The notes: generated by a model not told the origin, from the sequence alone. A stretch of DNA of 64,000 bases from Trueperaceae bacterium (GCA_034521815.1 JAXHLW010000001.1:64001-128000), one strand, 5' to 3'. Positions 9,728 to 21,241 are shown, counted from the first letter of the stretch. Program-made: numbers and translations.

Positions 9728-9757
9728 AGCATAGCCGAGCCTCCACCGGCAGTGCAA
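9728..9757 (-). promoter_or_regulatory. sigma70-type promoter of the cold-shock gene
   Basis: Minus strand TTGCAC-N18-TATGCT, implying a 5' UTR of about 115 nt. Confidence 0.6.
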
Positions 9758-9873
9758 GAGGGGGCGCGACACGACACGGGAGATTCTTCGGAAAGCGCGG
9801 TACGTCCTCGCCCCGGGCCGCCTCGTCCGGGCCGCCTCGCGCTGGTCGTCTCGCGCAGGTCCTGCCCGCCTGC

Positions 9874-10770
9874 TCACCTGCCAGCGACGCCGTCCGTGCC
9901 GGCCGCGTAGGCAGCCTGGATGTCGAGCAGCTCGGAGGTGATCGCCGACTGGCGAGCCGCCTGGTAGCGGGTGCGAAGCTGATCGATGCGCTCTTCGAGG
10001 TTCCGCTCCGCGGCCTCCATGGCGGCCAGGCGAGCGGCATTCTCGCTGGCCTGCGACGCGGCGAACGCCTGCACCAGCGCGTGGGCGACGAGCTGCCGGA
10101 TCACGCCCTGCAGGAGCGGACGCGCTTCGCCCAGCATGCTCGGAAGGCGACGGGACGGCCAGGCACGGTCGCGGATGGCGTGCAGCCACGACGGGTCCAA
10201 GGGAAGCAGCTGCAGCGCGTACGGCTCGTACGAGGCGCCAGCCGTCGGCCGGGCGTGGATCAGGAACAAACGCTCGGCTCGCCCTTCGTCGCGCCAGCGG
10301 TTCAGCGTGCCCAGCACCGCGCGGGCCGAGGCGTCCACCGCGCTGAGCGAGCCGGGAGGATCGATCTGCCGCTCGACCGGCCAGCCCAGGTCCTGGAGTT
10401 TGGCGACCATGCGCCGGCCTACGGCCAGCAGCGTCGGCGGTCCGCTCGCCTTCGTGCGGTGTCGCAGGAGCCCGTCGGCATGTCGCGCGATGCGCTCGGC
10501 GAACGGGCCGCATAGGCCGCGGTCCGAGCCGAACACCACCGCCGCGACCGGACCGCCGTGCGTGACCCGCTCGGCGTCCAGCAGCTCCGGATGTAGCTGC
10601 AGCAGGCTCTGCAGCGCCAGCTCGATCGTCCGTCCCGATTCGTCCAGCGCGTCCACGGCGTGCCGGTACTGGCCGATCCGGACCGATGCCAGCGTCTTCA
10701 TCGTGGACACCACCGTCTGCAGCGTCTCGGCCCCGTGGAGCTGCCGCCGAACCGTCTCGACCTGGCTCAC
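9874..10770 (-). CDS. atpG: N-ATPase F1 gamma subunit
   Basis: VVSTMKTLA, FGSDRGLCG, SENAARLAAMEAAERN, RQSAITSELLDI. Confidence 0.95.
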   Translation of the reverse strand: MSQVETVRRQLHGAETLQTVVSTMKTLASVRIGQYRHAVDALDESGRTIELALQSLLQLHPELLDAERVTHGGPVAAVVFGSDRGLCGPFAERIARHADGLLRHRTKASGPPTLLAVGRRMVAKLQDLGWPVERQIDPPGSLSAVDASARAVLGTLNRWRDEGRAERLFLIHARPTAGASYEPYALQLLPLDPSWLHAIRDRAWPSRRLPSMLGEARPLLQGVIRQLVAHALVQAFAASQASENAARLAAMEAAERNLEERIDQLRTRYQAARQSAITSELLDIQAAYAAGTDGVAGR

Positions 10771-12386
10771 GCCGCGCCCTCGGCCCGGTTGCCCTCGGCC
10801 CGGTTGCCCTCGGCGCCGGCTTCCTCGGCGCGGCGAGCGTGCTCTGCGGCGACCCGGCGCGTCAACGTCAGCAGCGTCTCGCGGTCGTCGTCGGCGAGCG
10901 TTGCGCCCTGCTCGATCCGCTCGCAGATGTCGCGGTGCTCGTCACGGACCAGCCGCCGGAGGTCCCGCTCGACGGCGGCCACCGCCCGCTCGGGAACGTC
11001 GTCCAGAACGCCCTCGGCCGTCGCGAGAAGGATCGCGAGCTGCTCGCACACGGCGATCGTCTCGAGCGCGCCCTGCTGCAGCACGGCGCGCACGCGCCGA
11101 CCGCGGGTCAGGGTACGACGTGTGGACGCGTCGACGTCCGCCCCGAAGCGCGCGAAGCGTTCGAGCTCCTCGAACTGCGTATACGCCAACCGCAGCGGGC
11201 CGGCGACCGTCCGGTAGGCGGGCAGCTGGGCCTTGCCGCCGACGCGCGAGACCGATCGGCCGACGTCCACAGCGGGCAAGATCCCGCGCGCCGCGAGGTG
11301 CGGGGAGAGCAGCAGCTGGCCGTCGGTGATCGAGATCAGGTTCGTCGGGATGAACGCCGACACGTTCTGTTCCTGGGTCTCGATGATCGGCAGCGCGGTC
11401 AGCGACCCGCCGCCATGATCGGGACGAAGCTGCGTCGCGCGCTCCAGCAGCCGCGCATGCAGGTAGAACACGTCGCCCGGGTACGCTTCGCGACCCGGCG
11501 GCCGCCTCAGGAGCAGCGACAGCTCGCGGTACGAGCGGGCGTGCTGGGTGAGGTCGTCGAAAACGATCAGGACGTCGTGGCCCCCCTCCATCAGGGACTC
11601 CGCAATGCTCATCGCCGCGAACGGAGCGATCCAGCGCAGCCCGGGGGCGTCCTCGCTCGAAGCGACCACGACGGCGGTGTGCGCCAGCGCGCCGCTGCGC
11701 CGCAGCGTCGCGACCAGCCGTGCGGTCGCCGCCCCGCGCTGACCAATGCTGCACCAAACGCAGCGAACGTCGGTGGCGCGCTGCGCCAGGACGCTGGCCA
11801 GCGCGACGCTGGTCTTGCCGGTCTGGCGGTCGCCAATGATCAGCTCGCGCTGCCCACGGCCGATCGGGAACAGCGCGTCGATCGCCTTGATCCCGGTCTG
11901 CAGCGGTGTCTTGACGGGGGCGCGTGCCAGGATCGGGGGCGCGGGACGCTCGATCGGCAGGCGGCGCTCCGCCCGGAGCGGCTCGCCGCCGTCGCGGGGC
12001 TCGCCCAGCGGCGACACGACGCGACCCAGCAGTTCCGGCCCGACCGGGACGTCGGCGACGCGCCGCGTCCGCTTGACGCGGGCGCCCGAGGTGACGTGCT
12101 CGACCCGGTCGAGGAGCACGACGCCGACGGTGTCGCTGCGGAGATCGGCGGCGATGCCGACCGCGCCTCCGGCGACGCGGAGCCGCTCGTCGACTTGGGC
12201 GCCCGGCAGGCCGCGGACATCCGCGATCCCGCCCGAAACGGACTCGACCATGCCGAGCTCGTCGACGCGGAGGCCGGGTCGGACCTCGTGTCGCGCCGCC
12301 TCGAGCGCATCGAGGTCGTCCAGCAGCGCGCTGGCTGGATCGTCCGAGCGCACCCCGGTCTCGGCGTTCGTGGGGTCAGCGCTCAC
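10767..12386 (-). CDS. atpA: N-ATPase F1 alpha subunit
   Basis: LQTGIKAIDALFPIGRGQRELIIGDRQTGKT, RRPPGREAYPGDVFYLHARLLER, TNLISITDGQ; GTG start at 12386 inferred. Confidence 0.95.
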   Translation of the reverse strand: MSADPTNAETGVRSDDPASALLDDLDALEAARHEVRPGLRVDELGMVESVSGGIADVRGLPGAQVDERLRVAGGAVGIAADLRSDTVGVVLLDRVEHVTSGARVKRTRRVADVPVGPELLGRVVSPLGEPRDGGEPLRAERRLPIERPAPPILARAPVKTPLQTGIKAIDALFPIGRGQRELIIGDRQTGKTSVALASVLAQRATDVRCVWCSIGQRGAATARLVATLRRSGALAHTAVVVASSEDAPGLRWIAPFAAMSIAESLMEGGHDVLIVFDDLTQHARSYRELSLLLRRPPGREAYPGDVFYLHARLLERATQLRPDHGGGSLTALPIIETQEQNVSAFIPTNLISITDGQLLLSPHLAARGILPAVDVGRSVSRVGGKAQLPAYRTVAGPLRLAYTQFEELERFARFGADVDASTRRTLTRGRRVRAVLQQGALETIAVCEQLAILLATAEGVLDDVPERAVAAVERDLRRLVRDEHRDICERIEQGATLADDDRETLLTLTRRVAAEHARRAEEAGAEGNRAEGNRAEGAA

Positions 12387-13224
12387 GTTCGCCCTCCCTC
12401 GCTTCGTCCGCGCCCATCTCCGCGCGGTCGGCGCCGGTCCCGTCGTCATCGTGCTCCTCGCCATCGGCGCCGCGGACCTCCCGCACGACGTCGTCGAACG
12501 TCGCTTCGAGCTCGTCGACCCAGCCCTGGGCGGACCAGCCGATCTCCAGCCCTCCGATCCGGAGCGCGACGCCCATCCGCAGGTCGGGGTCGACCTCGAA
12601 GCTGGGGTCGACGCTCCGGTCCAGAGCCTCGCGAACGGCGGCGGTCGCCTCGGCGCGAGCCTCGTCCGACGCCTCGAACGCCGTGGCGATGACGGCCGGC
12701 GATCCCTCGAGCCGGCCACGGAGCGCGTCGAGGGTGTCCGGCTCGACCTCTGCCAAGCGCTGATGGAACACGCGGATCGTCTGCCGCTCCAGGCTGGCGT
12801 CGGCCAGCTCGGACAGGGCGCGTCGAAGTTCGTCCACGACCAGCTCGGCGCTGCGGCGGCGGAGCCGCTTGCGCGCCTCGCGCAGATCGCGGCGGAGCGC
12901 CTCCGCGTACGCCTCGCGCGCCTCGGCCGCCTCCTCCTCGATCTCCTCGAAGCGGCGCTCGCGCAGGGCCTCGGCCTCCCGCTCGATCTCCTGGAGTCGC
13001 TCGCGACGCTTCCACTCGATTGCCTTCCGCTCGTCGCGGAGCGCCTCGGCCTCGGCGCGGGCCTCGCGGCGTGCCTCCTCGGCCGAGGCCTGCTCGTGAG
13101 CGATGCGAAGCTCGCGCGCCTGCATGGTGCGCTGGACGGGACGGTAAAGGAAGACCCGCAGCAGCGCCAACAGGATCACGAAGTTGACGATCTGGGCGAT
13201 CAGCGTGAACGGGTCGAAGGTCAC
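12376..13224 (-). CDS. atpF: N-ATPase subunit b with C-terminal delta-like extension
   Basis: FTLIAQIVNFVILLALLRVFLYRPV, coiled coil, C-terminal FEVDPDLRMGVALRIGGLEIGWS as typical of N-ATPase AtpF. Confidence 0.9.
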   Translation of the reverse strand: MTFDPFTLIAQIVNFVILLALLRVFLYRPVQRTMQARELRIAHEQASAEEARREARAEAEALRDERKAIEWKRRERLQEIEREAEALRERRFEEIEEEAAEAREAYAEALRRDLREARKRLRRRSAELVVDELRRALSELADASLERQTIRVFHQRLAEVEPDTLDALRGRLEGSPAVIATAFEASDEARAEATAAVREALDRSVDPSFEVDPDLRMGVALRIGGLEIGWSAQGWVDELEATFDDVVREVRGADGEEHDDDGTGADRAEMGADEAREGERER

Positions 13225-13230
13225 GGCCGG

Positions 13231-13500
13231 CTACCCTGCCGCAGCAGCGTCCCAGAACGGGTTCGCGAAGATCAGGATGAGCGCCACGACGAAGCAGTAG
13301 ATCGCGGTCGACTCGACCATCGCCAAGCCCACGAACAGCGTGCGCGTCAGAGTGTTCGCCTCGTCCGGCTGCTGCGCGATGCTCTGCAACGCCTGCGCCA
13401 GCGCGCGTGCCTGGCCCAGGGCCGGACCGATCGACCCGATGGCCATCGTGAAGCCGGCGATCAGGATCGAGGCGGTCGCGATCAGGGAAGCGTCGGTCAT
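13231..13500 (-). CDS. atpE: N-ATPase subunit c (Na+-type ligand set)
   Basis: MTDASLIA...GSIGPALGQARA...IAQQPDEANTLTRTLFVGLAMVESTAIYCFVVALILIFANPFW. Confidence 0.95.
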   Translation of the reverse strand: MTDASLIATASILIAGFTMAIGSIGPALGQARALAQALQSIAQQPDEANTLTRTLFVGLAMVESTAIYCFVVALILIFANPFWDAAAAG

Positions 13501-14213
13501 TCGGATCCTCCTTCGTCGTTCAGGGCGTGGTTCTGGGCGTCGTTCCGCGGCTGCCGGGCGGTGCCCGACGCGATGTACACGATCGCGAGAATCGCGAAGA
13601 TGTAGGCCTGGATCACGCCGATCAGCAAGTTGAACGCCTGCATCACGACGGGGAAGAACAGCGGCGCGACCGACAGCAGGATGGCGACGATCACCGTGCC
13701 GCTCATGACGTTGCCGAACAGGCGGACGGCCAGCGCCAGGGTGCGCGACAGCTCGCCCAGGATCGTGAACGGCAGCATGAAAGGGGTGGGCTGCACGTAG
13801 CCACGCAGGTAGCCCAGCAGGCCTTGGCGCGCGATGCCGAACGCGGGGACCGCCAGGAACACGCAGATCGCCAGCGCGGCGGACGTCGTCAGCGACCCCG
13901 TCGGCGACTCGAACCCCGGCACGACGCCCAGCACGTTCGAGGTGACGATGAACAGGAACAGCGTCCCCACGAACGGCAGGTACGGCTCGGGGTTCTGCTG
14001 GGTCACGTCCCGGATCTGGTCGAGGACGAAGACCACCAGCGCCTCCAAGGCGTTCTGGCCGGGCGCCATCCGGCCGCCGGGCTCGATCCGGCGGGTGACG
14101 ACGAACGAGACGCCCGCCAGCAGCGCGATCACCACCCAACTGAAGACCAGCGTGGCGGTGATCGGGACCGGACCGACGTGGCCGTAGACGATGGTGTCGG
14201 GCGAGAGGTTCAC
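13497..14213 (-). CDS. atpB: N-ATPase subunit a
   Basis: Starts VNLSPD (GTG overlapping the atpR stop); PFVGTLFLFI, PGFESPT, SRTLALAVRLFGNVMSG, GVIQAYIFAILAIVY. Confidence 0.94.
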   Translation of the reverse strand: MNLSPDTIVYGHVGPVPITATLVFSWVVIALLAGVSFVVTRRIEPGGRMAPGQNALEALVVFVLDQIRDVTQQNPEPYLPFVGTLFLFIVTSNVLGVVPGFESPTGSLTTSAALAICVFLAVPAFGIARQGLLGYLRGYVQPTPFMLPFTILGELSRTLALAVRLFGNVMSGTVIVAILLSVAPLFFPVVMQAFNLLIGVIQAYIFAILAIVYIASGTARQPRNDAQNHALNDEGGSE

Positions 14214-14507
14214 GGCGTGCCTCGCTCGCCGGCGTCCGGGCGTGCCAGGATGGTCAGCGCGACGCCGCGGGCGATCACGAACCCAGCGAACGTCCCGACG
14301 AGCGCCAGCGGGCCCAGCCGCGCCAGCGCGACGAAGCCGGCCGCGACCAACACCACGCGCACCAGCGAGCTGACCGCCAGCAGCCGGCCGGGCGCAGGCG
14401 CGTCCAGCAGGCGGAGCGCGGTCCAGCGGACGGCGACGACGAACGTGATGCCCAGAAGCGCGCCGGCTGCCGAGCCCCAGCAGCGTCTGGGCGATCGGCT
14501 CAGTCAC
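14210..14507 (-). pseudogene. atpR: N-ATPase AtpR, interrupted by a +1 frameshift near 14471-14478 (real lesion or assembly indel)
   Basis: Start frame reads MTEPIAQTLLG(L). The hydrophobic AtpR body AAGALLGITFVVAVRWTALRLLDAPAPGRLLAVSSLVRVVLVAAGF...GFVIARGVAL...TP* is in a different frame and has no start codon of its own. Removing one G from a GGGG run restores a ~98-aa protein. Confidence 0.75.
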
Positions 14508-14807
14508 GGTCCAGCTCCTTTCGAACCCAGTACCAGGCGTTCACGCAGCCGATCGCGACGCCCGCGACCAGCAGCATCAGCGTCCACGAGTACGGCCCTC
14601 CCGTACGCCGGTCGATCCAGACGCCCAGCGCGATGCCCAGCAGCGTGGGAATCGTGACCGACCAGCCGACCAGGCCGAACAGGCCCAGCCCGAAGGCCAG
14701 CCCGGGGCGCCCCTCGCGACGCGAGCGGCGTTTGCGATCCTCCTTGCGGCGCACCGTCTCGAGCAGATCGTCCTCGGGCGGACGCTCGGGCCGCTCGTCC
14801 GCCGCGG

Positions 14808-14811
<4 letters not shown>
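14500..14811 (-). CDS. atpQ: N-ATPase AtpQ (AtpZ/AtpI family)
   Basis: RRKEDRKRRSRRE..GLGLFGLVGWSVTIPTLLGIALGVWIDR...WTLMLLVAGVAIGCVNAWYWV; GTG overlaps the atpC stop. Confidence 0.9.
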
Positions 14812-16762
<1,951 letters not shown>

Positions 16763-16855
16763 TCATGCCTCCTGACGCACCCCGACGAGCAGCACGCGGA
16801 CGAGCACCCGGACTCGCAGGCGCCTCCGACGCGGCTGGCGCTGGGGTTCGGCCTG

Positions 16856-17716
16856 ATGCTGGCGGCGATGGTGCTCCTCCCGATCATGGACGGGGTCGCC
16901 AAACACCTCCAGTCCAGCTACCCCGTCGGCCAGGTGGTCTGGGCCCGCTACACCTTCCACCTGCTGGCCATGCTGCCGTTCGTGCTGGCGCGGTTCGGCC
17001 CCAAGGCGTTGTGGCCGCGCCGCCTGGGCGTGCAGCTGCTGCGCGGCACGTTGCTGCTGGCGGCGACGTCGCTGTTCTTCTCGGCGATCCGCACCATGCC
17101 GCTCGCGGACGCGCTGGCGCTGTTCTTCGTCTCGCCCCTGGTCGTGACGCTCCTGGCGACGGTGGTCCTGGGCGAGCCGGTGGGCTGGCGACGGTCGCTG
17201 GCCGTGGGCGTCGGCTTCCTGGGCGTGCTGGCGATCGTGCGTCCCGGCTCGGCGATGGTCGAACCGGCCGCGTTCCTGGCGTTGGGCGCAGGCACGATGC
17301 ACGGGCTGTACATGCTGGTCACGCGCAAGCTGGCCGGCAGCGCGCCGCCGCTGGTGACGCTGGCGTACACGGCGGTCGTGGGAGCCGCGGCCACCTCCGC
17401 GCTGGTCGGAATCTGGTGGGTCGCCCCGTCGCCCATCGATTTGGCGCTGATGGTGTTGCTGGGCGCACTGGCTGCCGTGGGCCACTTTCTGATCATCAAG
17501 GCGTTCGATCACGCTCCGGCGGCGTGGCTGGCGCCGGTCGGGTACTTCGAGATCGTGATGACCACGATCGTCGGGTACGTGGGCTTCGGCGACTTCCCGG
17601 CTGCGTGGACGTGGGTCGGCATCGCGATCGTGGTCGGCAGCGGGCTGTACATTTCGCTGTACGAGCGTCGGCTCTACCGCGCGTATCGGCCTGGAGCCCC
17701 GGTGGCCCGGCGCTAG
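16856..17716 (+). CDS. DMT/EamA-family transporter (true start probably 16765, offset by an apparent +1 indel)
   Basis: Ten-TM EamA pattern: MDGVAK, QVVWARY, LLRG, FVSPL, LGEPVGWRR, IVRPG, LAPVGY, FGDFP. Confidence 0.88.
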   Translation: MLAAMVLLPIMDGVAKHLQSSYPVGQVVWARYTFHLLAMLPFVLARFGPKALWPRRLGVQLLRGTLLLAATSLFFSAIRTMPLADALALFFVSPLVVTLLATVVLGEPVGWRRSLAVGVGFLGVLAIVRPGSAMVEPAAFLALGAGTMHGLYMLVTRKLAGSAPPLVTLAYTAVVGAAATSALVGIWWVAPSPIDLALMVLLGALAAVGHFLIIKAFDHAPAAWLAPVGYFEIVMTTIVGYVGFGDFPAAWTWVGIAIVVGSGLYISLYERRLYRAYRPGAPVARR

Positions 17717-17784
17717 ATCGAGGTACGGCGACGTCGCCGGTCTCGCCGGTCTCGCTGGCCGCGGACGAGAGAAGAGGAGGACGA

Positions 17785-18657
17785 ATGAGCACACGGCTCA
17801 CCGTAGGGGTACTGCATCCGGGCGCGATGGGCGCGGCGGTCGCCTCGACCCTGTCTCGCGGCGGCCACGACGTGGTGTGGGCCTCGGCCGGCCGCTCGGC
17901 GGCCAGCCGACGCCGTGCCGATGAGGCCGGCGCTCGCGACGTCGGAGAGCTGGCGACGCTGGTCCGGGTCTCGGACGCGATCGTGTCGGTGTGTCCGCCA
18001 GGCGCGGCGCCGGACCTGGCCAGGGCGGTGAGCGAGGCGGGCTTCGACGGCACCTACCTCGACGCGAACGCCGTCTCGCCGATGCGCGCCAAGGAGATCG
18101 CGGCGCTGACCGAGTCCACGGGCGCCAGGTTCGTCGACGGCGGAATCGTGGGCGGACCACCCAGCGAGCGCGGCACGACCTGGCTGCATCTCGCGGGTCC
18201 GGACGCGACCGAGGTCGCAGCGTGGTTCGCGGCCGGACCGCTCGAGACGAACGTGGTCGGCGACCGGATCGGCGACGCATCGGCCCTGAAGGCGTGCTTC
18301 GCGGCGTGGACGAAGGGGCGCACGGCTCTGCAGACGACGATTCTCGCGGCGGCCCAGGCGTACGGCGTCCGCGAGCCGCTACGAGATCAATGGGAGCGCT
18401 ACGAGCCCGGCTTCCTCGCCGGCAGCGAGGCACGTGCACGCCGCGTGACCGCCAAGGCGTGGCGGTTCGAGGCCGAGATGCACGAAATCGCCGCCGCGTT
18501 CGAGGCTGTGGGGTTGCCCGGCGGCTTCCACCGAGCCGCCGCCGACGTGTACGGGCGGCTGGCGCCGCTGCGTCCCGACGAGGCGGACGGGGTGTCGGAC
18601 GAACCCGACCTCGCTGCCGTGCTCCGCGCGCTCTTGGACGGTCGGACGTCGGACTGA
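17785..18657 (+). CDS. NAD(P)-dependent oxidoreductase (6-phosphogluconate/3-hydroxyisobutyrate dehydrogenase-like, DUF1932 C-terminus)
   Basis: VGVLHPGAMGAAV, YLDANAVSP, FVDGGIVGGPP, ASALKACFAAWTKG, KAWRFEAEMHEIA; SD GAGGAGG. Confidence 0.88.
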   Translation: MSTRLTVGVLHPGAMGAAVASTLSRGGHDVVWASAGRSAASRRRADEAGARDVGELATLVRVSDAIVSVCPPGAAPDLARAVSEAGFDGTYLDANAVSPMRAKEIAALTESTGARFVDGGIVGGPPSERGTTWLHLAGPDATEVAAWFAAGPLETNVVGDRIGDASALKACFAAWTKGRTALQTTILAAAQAYGVREPLRDQWERYEPGFLAGSEARARRVTAKAWRFEAEMHEIAAAFEAVGLPGGFHRAAADVYGRLAPLRPDEADGVSDEPDLAAVLRALLDGRTSD

Positions 18658-18669
18658 GTCCGGCCTTCG

Positions 18670-18709
18670 CGACACGTCCCGACACGGCCCGACACGGCCC
18701 GAGACGGGT
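18670..18709. repeat. 10-nt tandem repeat x4 (CGACACGGCC-like), intergenic
   Basis: cgacacgtcc cgacacggcc cgacacggcc cgagacgggt. Confidence 0.75.
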
Positions 18710-18805
18710 CGATGCGGCGTTCTCCCAACGTTCACGAACCCGGCTCTACCTTGTTGTCGACCGAAGGGGACACCACCCTTTCGACCGACTTGAGAGGAGT
18801 CGACC

Positions 18806-19321
18806 ATGACCCGCATCACCCGCATCACCCGCATCCTGGCCGCAGCCGCCACCATCGCCCTGATCGCCGGACCCGTCTTCGCGCAAGGGCCTCGCGCCGC
18901 GAACGACGCGCCTGGCCGGAGGGCGGCTGCCGATGCGACCACGACCCAGGCGCAGCCGCAGACCCGCACGCAGCTCCGCGACCCGGCATCCGACCGTGAC
19001 GCCACCGTCGCCCCGGTCCGCGATCGGGTGCGAGACCCGGCGCAGCATCTGGCCGGCGACGCGATGTTCGGCCCTCGCTACGCCGCCCTCGCCGAAGCGC
19101 TCGGCATGACCGACGAGGAGCTTCGGGACGCGATCGCCGGTGGCGCTACCTGCGCCGGCCTGGCCGAAGAAGCCGGCATTTCGCTCGGTGAGCTGCCGAT
19201 CGGGGCCGCCGGCTTCGACCGTCCGAGCCGGGCCGATCGACCCCAGCTGGGGGCCGCCTCTCCGCAGGGTCGAATGCAGCAGGACGCGCCGCAGGCACGG
19301 CGGGGTGGGGGTCGGTTCTGA
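18806..19321 (+). CDS. Secreted hypothetical protein upstream of a two-component system
   Basis: Signal peptide (MTRITRITRILAAAATIALIAGPVFA), RTQLRDP and RDRVRDP motifs, LAEALGMTDEELRDAIAGG; SD GAGGAG. Confidence 0.7.
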   Translation: MTRITRITRILAAAATIALIAGPVFAQGPRAANDAPGRRAAADATTTQAQPQTRTQLRDPASDRDATVAPVRDRVRDPAQHLAGDAMFGPRYAALAEALGMTDEELRDAIAGGATCAGLAEEAGISLGELPIGAAGFDRPSRADRPQLGAASPQGRMQQDAPQARRGGGRF

Positions 19322-19362
19322 GCCGAGGCGCCCCCACGAGCGCCGCGATTCGTCCGACCGAT

Positions 19363-19393
19363 CTCGCGCCCCGACCGACCGTCGGGGCGCGAG
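19363..19393 (+). terminator. 13-bp stem-loop between the secreted-protein gene and the response regulator
   Basis: CTCGCGCCCCGAC-cgacc-GTCGGGGCGCGAG. Confidence 0.45.
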
Positions 19394-19442
19394 CTTCGCG
19401 TTCGCTGAGGCGGGCGACGGCGGGGCGTAGCATGGAGGCGAC

Positions 19443-20111
19443 ATGGCCGGCGAGCGCATCCTGATCGTCGAGGACGAGGCCCGCATCGCGGAGGTGCTCG
19501 AGCGCTACCTGCGCGCGGAAGGGTACCGGGTCGAGCGGGCCGCGGACGGGCGACGCGCGCTGGAGCTGTGGCGTGCAGCGACGCCCGATCTGATTCTGCT
19601 GGACCTGATGATTCCAGGGCCGGACGGGGCGGAGGTGGCGCGTCGCATCCGGGAGACGTCGGACGTGCCGATCGTGATGGTCACCGCCAAGGCGGAGGAG
19701 GCCGATCGTCTCGAGGGACTGGGCTTGGGCGCGGACGACTACGTCACCAAGCCGTTCAGCCCGCGCGAGGTGGTCGCCCGGGTTCGGGCCGTGCTCCGCC
19801 GCAGCAGCGGCCAGGTGCGGACGCCCCGCCACCTGGCCGTGGGCTCGTTGGAGGTCGACATGGACGCCGCCGAGGCACGGTGCGGGGGCGCACCGCTGAC
19901 GCTCAGCCCAGCGCAGCTGCGCCTGCTCGCGGCGATGATCGCTCGACCTGGACACGCCTTCGGCAGGGCAGAGCTGCTCGACGCGCTCGAGGGTTCGTGG
20001 GCGGACGAGCGGACCGTCGATGCGCACGTCAAGAACCTCAGGCGACGGCTGGGGCCGTGCCGCGAGCGGCTCGAGACGGTGCGGGGCGTGGGCTACCGGA
20101 TGCGCCCGTGA
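19443..20111 (+). CDS. OmpR/PhoB-family response regulator (BaeR-like)
   Basis: ILIVEDE, LLDLMIPG, GADDYVTKPFSPREV, winged helix RTVDAHVKNLRRRL, TVRGVGY. Confidence 0.95.
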   Translation: MAGERILIVEDEARIAEVLERYLRAEGYRVERAADGRRALELWRAATPDLILLDLMIPGPDGAEVARRIRETSDVPIVMVTAKAEEADRLEGLGLGADDYVTKPFSPREVVARVRAVLRRSSGQVRTPRHLAVGSLEVDMDAAEARCGGAPLTLSPAQLRLLAAMIARPGHAFGRAELLDALEGSWADERTVDAHVKNLRRRLGPCRERLETVRGVGYRMRP

Positions 20112-21241
20112 AGCTCGTCGTCCGTCTGGTCGTGGCGTTCGCCGTCGTCGCCGCCCTGTCGGTCGCCATCACGAGCCTGCTCAGCTACCGTGCGGCCGTC
20201 GATCGGATTCCCAGGGCGCTGGCGCAGCCTGGCGTGATGCAGCCTGGCGTGATGCGGGGCGCGGGTCCGCCCGACGGTGCCGGCTTGGGCGCGAGGGGTC
20301 AGCAGGTCCTGACCGATCAGCTGCGCGAAGCGAACCTGCGAGCCGCGCTGTTGGCGCTGGGGATCGCGCTGGTGGTCGGCGGCGGTGTCGCGGTCGGCGT
20401 GACGCGTCCGCTGGAACGGCTCACGACCGTCGCCCGGCGGTACGGCCAGGGCGAACGCGATCTCCGCGCCCGTCTGCGCGGCGCCGACGAGCTGGCCGCG
20501 CTGGGGCGCGTGTTCGACGAGACCGCCGATCGGCTGCAGGCGGAGCAGGACCTGAAGCAACGCTTCACCACCGACGTCGCGCACGAGCTTCGAACCCCGT
20601 TGACGGTTCTGAGGAGCGAGCTCGAGGCGATCCAGGACGGTTTGATGGAGCCGGATCCCGAGCGCATCGACGCCCTTCTGGAGCAGGTCGATCTGCTCGC
20701 CCGCCTGGTGCACGATCTGCGGACGCTGACGCTGGCCGAGGCCGGTGAGCTGGCGCTGCGGCGCACCTCGCTGGACCTGGCCGAGCTGGCGCGCGGAACG
20801 GCCGACGCGTTCCGCTCCTCTGCCGCGACGAGACACGTCCGGATCGAGGTGGAGGCCCGGCCGGTCCAGATTCACGCCGACGCCGACCGGCTGAGACAGG
20901 TGACCGGCAACCTCCTCGCCAACGCGCTGCACCACGCCCGACCGGGAGGCCGGGTCCGTCTCAGCGTCGGCGCTGCAGACGGTCATGGCGGGACCGGCGC
21001 CACGCTCGTCGTCGAGGACGACGGTCCAGGGATCGCCGCCGAGCAGCTGCCGAACGTGTTCGAGCGTTTCTACCGCGTCGATCCCGCCCGTAGCCGAAGC
21101 GAGGGCGGATCCGGGCTCGGGCTCGCCATCGTCCGGGCGCTGGTCGAGCTTCACGGCGGCACCGTCCGAGTCGAGACCGCCGACCCCTCTCGCAGCGGCG
21201 AGCTCGGCGGGGCTCGCTTCGTCGTGGAGCTGCCGGGCTGA
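20108..21241 (+). CDS. Sensor histidine kinase (HAMP-HisKA-HATPase, BaeS-like)
   Basis: Two TM helices, HAMP, DVAHELRTPL, NLLANAL, DDGPGI, FERFYR, GSGLGLAI; GTGA overlap with the regulator. Confidence 0.94.
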   Translation: MKLVVRLVVAFAVVAALSVAITSLLSYRAAVDRIPRALAQPGVMQPGVMRGAGPPDGAGLGARGQQVLTDQLREANLRAALLALGIALVVGGGVAVGVTRPLERLTTVARRYGQGERDLRARLRGADELAALGRVFDETADRLQAEQDLKQRFTTDVAHELRTPLTVLRSELEAIQDGLMEPDPERIDALLEQVDLLARLVHDLRTLTLAEAGELALRRTSLDLAELARGTADAFRSSAATRHVRIEVEARPVQIHADADRLRQVTGNLLANALHHARPGGRVRLSVGAADGHGGTGATLVVEDDGPGIAAEQLPNVFERFYRVDPARSRSEGGSGLGLAIVRALVELHGGTVRVETADPSRSGELGGARFVVELPG

